Shown: positions 54,630 through 58,926 of the stretch, one piece after another
Layout: each line of letters begins with the position of its first letter
Position numbering within the stretch: position 1 is the first letter of the stretch
Source of the DNA: Bacteroidaceae bacterium
Lineage (GTDB): Bacteria > Bacteroidota > Bacteroidia > Bacteroidales > Paludibacteraceae
Direction of reading: 5' to 3'
Length of the DNA stretch: 58,926 nt
NCBI GenBank assembly: GCA_963622445.1
Contig: CAVFHY010000002.1
Coordinates: 1-58,926 of the forward strand
Notes under the pieces: model-generated
What the model was told of the DNA's origin: nothing
The model's input: only the letters and a program-made list of their open reading frames with translations
Databases searched by the model: none
Made by a program: the position numbers and the translations under genes

Positions 54630-56891
54630 TTACTCCATAAAGTGCAAGTAGGCACGGAGGAAGTGGCGCAATTCGGACAGCAGTTGCTGGCTCTCTTGGA
54701 GAATGTTCAAGTAGAGTAGAGCAGTCTGCTGAGGCAGTGCCTCTTGGTCTTCTTTGCTCGCTGTTGTCAGTCGGTCAAGGTGCTTCTTGCGTAGGGAGGA
54801 CAAGCGCAGTTTATACACCTCTATCTTGTCCAACAAGGCACGAATATCCGCTTCTTTCCCGTTATACACTTGTTCCGCCATCTCGTAGTATCCCGCTGTC
54901 TCTTGGGCGATAAGGTGCAGTTCTTCGCATAGATCCTCCGGCAGGGGGCGGAATCCGCTGTCGATATGGTCGCGGCAGGGGACGGCGATACGCTTCAGTC
55001 CGTAGAGCATCTGTTCGCCAGCGTTCGAGCCGAGATGGAACCAAGTGTTCTTTTCGAGTACAAATGTCGGCGTTATGCGGCGCAGTGCCATCAGTTCACG
55101 GCTACGGCATTTGCGTTTCCATTGTTGCAGTTGGTCGAGTTCCTTGCAGGTCTGGCGCAGTCCTTTCAGGTCGGCGAGTTCAAAAGCGTCGCAGGTTTTT
55201 TGGTATAGTTCCCGTGTGTCACGAATCATCAGCCCGGAGCCCAAGCGGTGGTGTTCTTTCAGCAATTCCCACATTTTGCCGCTGTCGTTGGTAGCGAGCA
55301 TTTGTGTGTAGCAATCCTCCAGCGGTTTCGTATTCTCGTCCACTGTCTGTTTCTTGGAGCGCAAGTTGCTCACTATCAGTATCACAACCACAATGACTAT
55401 CAGCACTATCATGGCGGCAATACCTCCAAAGTGGAATAGCAGGCAGACCAATCCTGCAGACAAGAATGCTACGGCTGCCGTCAAGAACCAACCACCTATC
55501 ACAGATAGCACACCCGTGATACGATATACGGCAGACTCACGAGTCCATGCACGGTCGGCAAGCGAGGTACCCATCGCCACGATAAAGGTTACATAAGTGG
55601 TAGAAAGCGGCAGTTTAAGCGAAGTACCCATAATGATAAGCAAGCCCGCAATGACCAAGTTGACGGAGGCACGAATCACATCGAACGCTGCATCGTCGGG
55701 CAGAATCGCATTCTCTTTGTCGAATCGGCTCTCTATCCAGCGGCGTACGGGTTCGGGTGTGATACGCTCTATCGACTCGTTCAGTCGGTTTGCACCACGC
55801 ACGAGGCTCTTGGCTACTCGGCTTCCGCCGAACATCTCATCGCCTTCGGCTTGTCGCGACAGATTGACCGAGGTCTGTACCACATTCTGTGCTTTCTTCG
55901 ACATCGTGAGTGCCACTACCATGATAAGTCCTGCGCCGAGCAAGAAATAGGAGGAGGTGGTTGCAGGTGCGTTCAGTGCGCCCATATAGTAGGCATTGGC
56001 TTCTGCACCGCTTGCCGCATAGTGTCTGAACGAGTCGAGTGCAGTCAGCGGCACACCCACAAAGTTCACCAAGTCGTTGCTTGCGAACGCCATCGCCAGT
56101 GCGAATGTACCAAAGAGGATAATGATTCGAAATACATTGACACGGCAGAGGTAGAGTATCTCCATAAGCAGCGTGCTGCCTACAAAGATACCCGCCATCA
56201 GTGCCCCTGTATTCGAACCAATCCACTCATTTACACCCGTAGGCATGATGGGGCTCGAAGCGAGTACTTTTACGAGTACGAAATAGAGTATGGCCGTTAT
56301 GCTTATGCCACCGAATATACCGATAAAATACTTCAGTCGTTTGGTATAGTTGAAGGTAAATAGGATACGAGCCAGCCATTGCACCACCGTACCGACCACA
56401 AATGCAATTCCCACCGACAAGAATATACCGAGTATCACTTCCAGCGCTTTGCCGGTATTGAGCAGACTGTAGAAATTGAGTTCGCCCGTAGTGTCAGCGG
56501 CTATCTTCATGCACGATAGGCAGAATGTGCCGCCGAGCAATTCAAACACCAGCGAAACGGTTGTACTGGTTGGCATACCGAGCGAGTTGAATACATCGAG
56601 CAGTATCACATCGGTCAGCATCACCGCCATAAAGATACACATGATTTCCTCAAAGGTGAATTGCTCCGGTCTGAATATACCGTGTCGGGCAACATCCATC
56701 ATACCATTGCCCGCCACTGCGCCGACAAATACGCCGATAGCAGCGATAAAGATAATTTTTTTCAGTGAGGTCACTTTGCTGCCCACGGCGGAGTTCAAGA
56801 AGTTGACAGCGTCGTTGCTGACTCCCACCCATAGGTCGATGATTGCCAATCCGAATAGGAATACGATCATCACGAGATAAATCATGCTCAT
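54630..56891 (-). CDS. PiT/PHO4-family inorganic phosphate transporter with a long C-terminal cytoplasmic (PhoU-like helical) extension
   Basis: Duplicated PiT signatures GVSNDAVNFLNSAVGS and ASNDLVNFVGVPL. About 10-12 TM helices. A ~230-aa soluble helical tail. Confidence 0.85.
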   Translation of the reverse strand: MSMIYLVMIVFLFGLAIIDLWVGVSNDAVNFLNSAVGSKVTSLKKIIFIAAIGVFVGAVAGNGMMDVARHGIFRPEQFTFEEIMCIFMAVMLTDVILLDVFNSLGMPTSTTVSLVFELLGGTFCLSCMKIAADTTGELNFYSLLNTGKALEVILGIFLSVGIAFVVGTVVQWLARILFTFNYTKRLKYFIGIFGGISITAILYFVLVKVLASSPIMPTGVNEWIGSNTGALMAGIFVGSTLLMEILYLCRVNVFRIIILFGTFALAMAFASNDLVNFVGVPLTALDSFRHYAASGAEANAYYMGALNAPATTSSYFLLGAGLIMVVALTMSKKAQNVVQTSVNLSRQAEGDEMFGGSRVAKSLVRGANRLNESIERITPEPVRRWIESRFDKENAILPDDAAFDVIRASVNLVIAGLLIIMGTSLKLPLSTTYVTFIVAMGTSLADRAWTRESAVYRITGVLSVIGGWFLTAAVAFLSAGLVCLLFHFGGIAAMIVLIVIVVVILIVSNLRSKKQTVDENTKPLEDCYTQMLATNDSGKMWELLKEHHRLGSGLMIRDTRELYQKTCDAFELADLKGLRQTCKELDQLQQWKRKCRSRELMALRRITPTFVLEKNTWFHLGSNAGEQMLYGLKRIAVPCRDHIDSGFRPLPEDLCEELHLIAQETAGYYEMAEQVYNGKEADIRALLDKIEVYKLRLSSLRKKHLDRLTTASKEDQEALPQQTALLYLNILQESQQLLSELRHFLRAYLHFME

Positions 56892-56914
56892 GTCTTGTAC
56901 TATTTAATCCACTG

Positions 56915-56922
56915 CAAAAGTA
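56915..56922 (-). promoter_or_regulatory. Candidate -7 box (TACTTTTG on the minus strand) for the PiT gene
   Basis: The plus strand reads CAAAAGTA, ~25 nt upstream of the ATG at 56891. Confidence 0.45.
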
Positions 56923-57008
56923 TTGCTTTCCTGCAAAGAAATTATGTATATTTTGTGAAGAAACCGTTAAGTGCTTTCTTTCGTTTTGCCCAAACCATAG
57001 AAAAGCTG

Positions 57009-57016
57009 TATCTTTG
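57009..57016 (+). promoter_or_regulatory. Candidate -7 box TATCTTTG for the two-component operon
   Basis: TAnnTTTG match ~95 nt upstream of the ATG at 57112. Confidence 0.45.
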
Positions 57017-57111
57017 CAACGCATTTGAGAATGTATTCTGCCCAAACATGGCGCATAGCGAAAAGCAGTCCGTAGCGACCTACCACAGCAAAACGAAATC
57101 ATAACAAGAAT

Positions 57112-57795
57112 ATGGCACACATTCTGATAGTGGACGACGAGGACGATATTTGTCAAATTCTGTCCTATAGTCTGGGGGCAGCGGGGTACCAAACCAAGAT
57201 TGCCCATTCGGCAGAGGAGGCTCTGCCTTTGATTCGTGCTGCTGCGCCCGACCTGATACTGTTGGATATCATGATGGAAGGGATGTCCGGCACCCAACTG
57301 GCGGCGTACATGCAGGAGAACGGGCTGATGACGATGCCCATCATTTTCTTGACGGCGCTGGACGGGGAGTCGGATGTGCTCAAGGGCTTTCGCTTGGGGG
57401 CAGACGACTATATAACGAAGCCATTCCGTACTATGGAAGTGTTGGCGCGTGTGGCAGCGGTGCTAAAGCGTGCGCAGCCGCATACGGAGCCGGAGGCAGC
57501 ATCGGAGCGAGTGACATTCCAAGGGATAGTACTCAACCTGCGAGACAAGTCGCTGACGGTGGATGGCGAGCCGGTACCCATTACACGCAAGGAATGGGAG
57601 CTGCTCTGTTTTCTGCTGACGCACCAAGGGCAGATGCTCTCTCGTGAGCAACTGCTGCGGCAGGTATGGAAAGAAGACGCCTATGTGTTGGAGCGTACGG
57701 TGGATGTCCATATCACCCATCTTCGCCGCAAGGTAGGGCAGTATAGCGGGCACTTGCAAACCAAGTCGGGCTTTGGTTACATCTGGCGCCCGTAG
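57112..57795 (+). CDS. OmpR/PhoB-family response regulator
   Basis: ILIVDDEDDI, DLILLDIMMEGMSG (phospho-acceptor Asp context), ADDYITKPF. Winged-helix C-terminus with LTRKEWELL...VDVHITHLRRK...GFGY. Confidence 0.9.
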   Translation: MAHILIVDDEDDICQILSYSLGAAGYQTKIAHSAEEALPLIRAAAPDLILLDIMMEGMSGTQLAAYMQENGLMTMPIIFLTALDGESDVLKGFRLGADDYITKPFRTMEVLARVAAVLKRAQPHTEPEAASERVTFQGIVLNLRDKSLTVDGEPVPITRKEWELLCFLLTHQGQMLSREQLLRQVWKEDAYVLERTVDVHITHLRRKVGQYSGHLQTKSGFGYIWRP

Positions 57796-57828
57796 TTTAA
57801 TGAAGAATTCACTCAACTCTCAACGAAT

Positions 57829-58629
57829 ATGACTCTCACGATTATCATTATTGTTTGTTTCGCATTGTTCTGCGGACTTAGTTTTATTATCTATCATCAG
57901 TGGAGCGAGCGTCGTGTGATGAAGGCGCGTGAGCAACAACGCCTCGAACTGACGCAGAATATCTCCCATGAGTTGAAAACCCCCGTGGCGAGTATCTTGG
58001 GTGCCTTGGAGACCATTCTGCTTCACGCCGATATGCCCGCCGAGCAGCAGCACGAGTTTTTGGAGCGTGCCTACCAACAGGCAGGGCGTCTGAGCAACTT
58101 GGTAGAAGACATATCAATGCTCAATAAATTGGATTTGCAGGAGCAACTTTACGATAGGTTAGAGTTGGAACTCAGTTCGGTGGTAAAGAATGTAGTGGAC
58201 GATGTGTCCGACCGTGCGAAAGAGTTAGGCGCCAAGATATATTATAATGTGCCGGACCATATTATCATCTCGGGTAACTACACGCTTCTCTATTCTATAT
58301 TCCGCAATATAGTGGACAATTCGCTGAGCCATGTCGGTAAGGGGGTGGAGATACATATCGAGTGTACGGGACAGGCTCCGAGTTATATTTATTTTTCCGT
58401 CTATGACAACGGAACAGGTGTCCCACAGGAGTGTTTGCCGCACCTATTCGAGCGATTCTACCGTGTGGATAAGGGGCGCAGCCGCAAGTTAGGCGGTACG
58501 GGATTGGGCTTGTCTATCGTCAAGCACGCCGTTCAGTTCCATGGCGGCACTATCACGGCACTCAACCGCGAGAATGGTGGCTTGGAGTTTCAGTTCTCCC
58601 TCGCCCGCCACATCGGCGAGAAACTATGA
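57829..58629 (+). CDS. Compact sensor histidine kinase (one TM helix, HisKA, HATPase_c)
   Basis: TM helix IIIIVCFALFCGLSFIIY. H-box ISHELKTPVASILG. N-box RNIVDNSLSH. G-boxes YDNGTGV and GGTGLGLSIVK. Confidence 0.9.
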   Translation: MTLTIIIIVCFALFCGLSFIIYHQWSERRVMKAREQQRLELTQNISHELKTPVASILGALETILLHADMPAEQQHEFLERAYQQAGRLSNLVEDISMLNKLDLQEQLYDRLELELSSVVKNVVDDVSDRAKELGAKIYYNVPDHIIISGNYTLLYSIFRNIVDNSLSHVGKGVEIHIECTGQAPSYIYFSVYDNGTGVPQECLPHLFERFYRVDKGRSRKLGGTGLGLSIVKHAVQFHGGTITALNRENGGLEFQFSLARHIGEKL

Positions 58630-58770
58630 TGTATACGCTGTTTTTTTTCTCCGCTAATGCCTATATAAGCCACTTGCGGCATAGGAGACTTCCTGCACAC
58701 CCGCAACCGTATCGCTTTGGTAACAACTACCATTGATACACATCCACCTCATTGCAATAAGGATACAAAT

Positions 58771-58846
58771 AGTCTTATAAAAGTCTTATCAAAGTCGTAT
58801 AATAAACCCTTTATCTACCGTGTATCTACCGTGTATCAACCGTGAT
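58771..58846. repeat. Two adjacent 11-bp x3 direct-repeat arrays
   Basis: Array 1: agtcttataaa / agtcttatcaa / agtcgtataat (58771-58803). Array 2: tatctaccgtg / tatctaccgtg / tatcaaccgtg (58814-58846). Both lie downstream of the kinase gene. Confidence 0.9.
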
Positions 58847-58926
58847 GGTCTGGGGATAGACCGCTGATTGGAGGGGGGGGGTATCCGAATGACTATAGAC
58901 ACGATCTACCGATTATAAGATGGTGG

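Noticed and set aside
36027-58846. Short tandem arrays (36027, 44006, 54266, 58771) as a possible CRISPR
   Set aside because: The units are 10-11 bp, directly abutting with no spacers, with only 3-4 copies each and different sequences. There are no cas genes. These are not CRISPR arrays.
1-58926. Mobile elements, prophage or integrative island spanning the PUL
   Set aside because: I found no transposase, integrase, relaxase or phage structural genes, and no direct repeat of the tmRNA or tRNA 3' ends. Only the small IR-bracketed segment (146-383) and the AT-rich single gene (41923-42600) hint at mobility.

Overview
This 58.9 kb window looks like chromosomal DNA from a Bacteroidota, probably Bacteroidales. 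Evidence: a SusC/SusD pair, T9SS C-terminal sorting tails, several TAnnTTTG -7 promoter boxes with A-rich leaders lacking Shine-Dalgarno sequences, and lipoprotein signal peptides.

Left arm (1-8.1 kb): a two-gene surface module (a lipoprotein with an internal tandem repeat plus a small beta-barrel OMP), a decayed AAA ATPase pseudogene, a GT2 + SpoIID/LytB pair, tmRNA, an SGNH hydrolase and a membrane LytTR protein.

Centre (8.4-35.7 kb): a convergent membrane-tethered propeller/Y_Y_Y/LuxR regulator, then a ~24 kb minus-strand polysaccharide utilization locus (PUL). The PUL reads as a beta-1,3-glucan (laminarin-type) system. In transcription order it encodes SusC, SusD, an SGBP-like lipoprotein, GH16, a GH128-like enzyme, GH16 with a T9SS tail, GH16, a GPH/MFS symporter, a 1130-aa cytoplasmic GH94-clan (GH149-like) phosphorylase candidate, GH3, and three non-catalytic multi-module T9SS cargo proteins.

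Right arm (36.2-58.6 kb): housekeeping genes. These are ffh, prfA, rsmE, two tandem hexapeptide acetyltransferases, pepT, an AT-rich T5orf172/GIY-YIG-like single-gene insertion, gcvT, tRNA-Gly(CCC), RNase P RNA, a YihY-family protein, a GH13 amylase, TamB, ComM/YifB, a long PiT phosphate transporter and a divergent OmpR-type two-component pair.

I saw no rRNA, CRISPR array, transposase or integrase.

The best candidate for something under-described is the hybrid architecture of the glucan locus: Sus-type import, T9SS-secreted enzyme and binding proteins, and a cytoplasmic phosphorolytic branch, all next to a one-component transmembrane LuxR regulator. Secondary curiosities are a 17-bp inverted-repeat-bracketed 204-bp segment at the left edge and several intergenic direct-repeat arrays with 10-11 bp phasing.

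All family assignments come from motif reading by eye. No database search was run.
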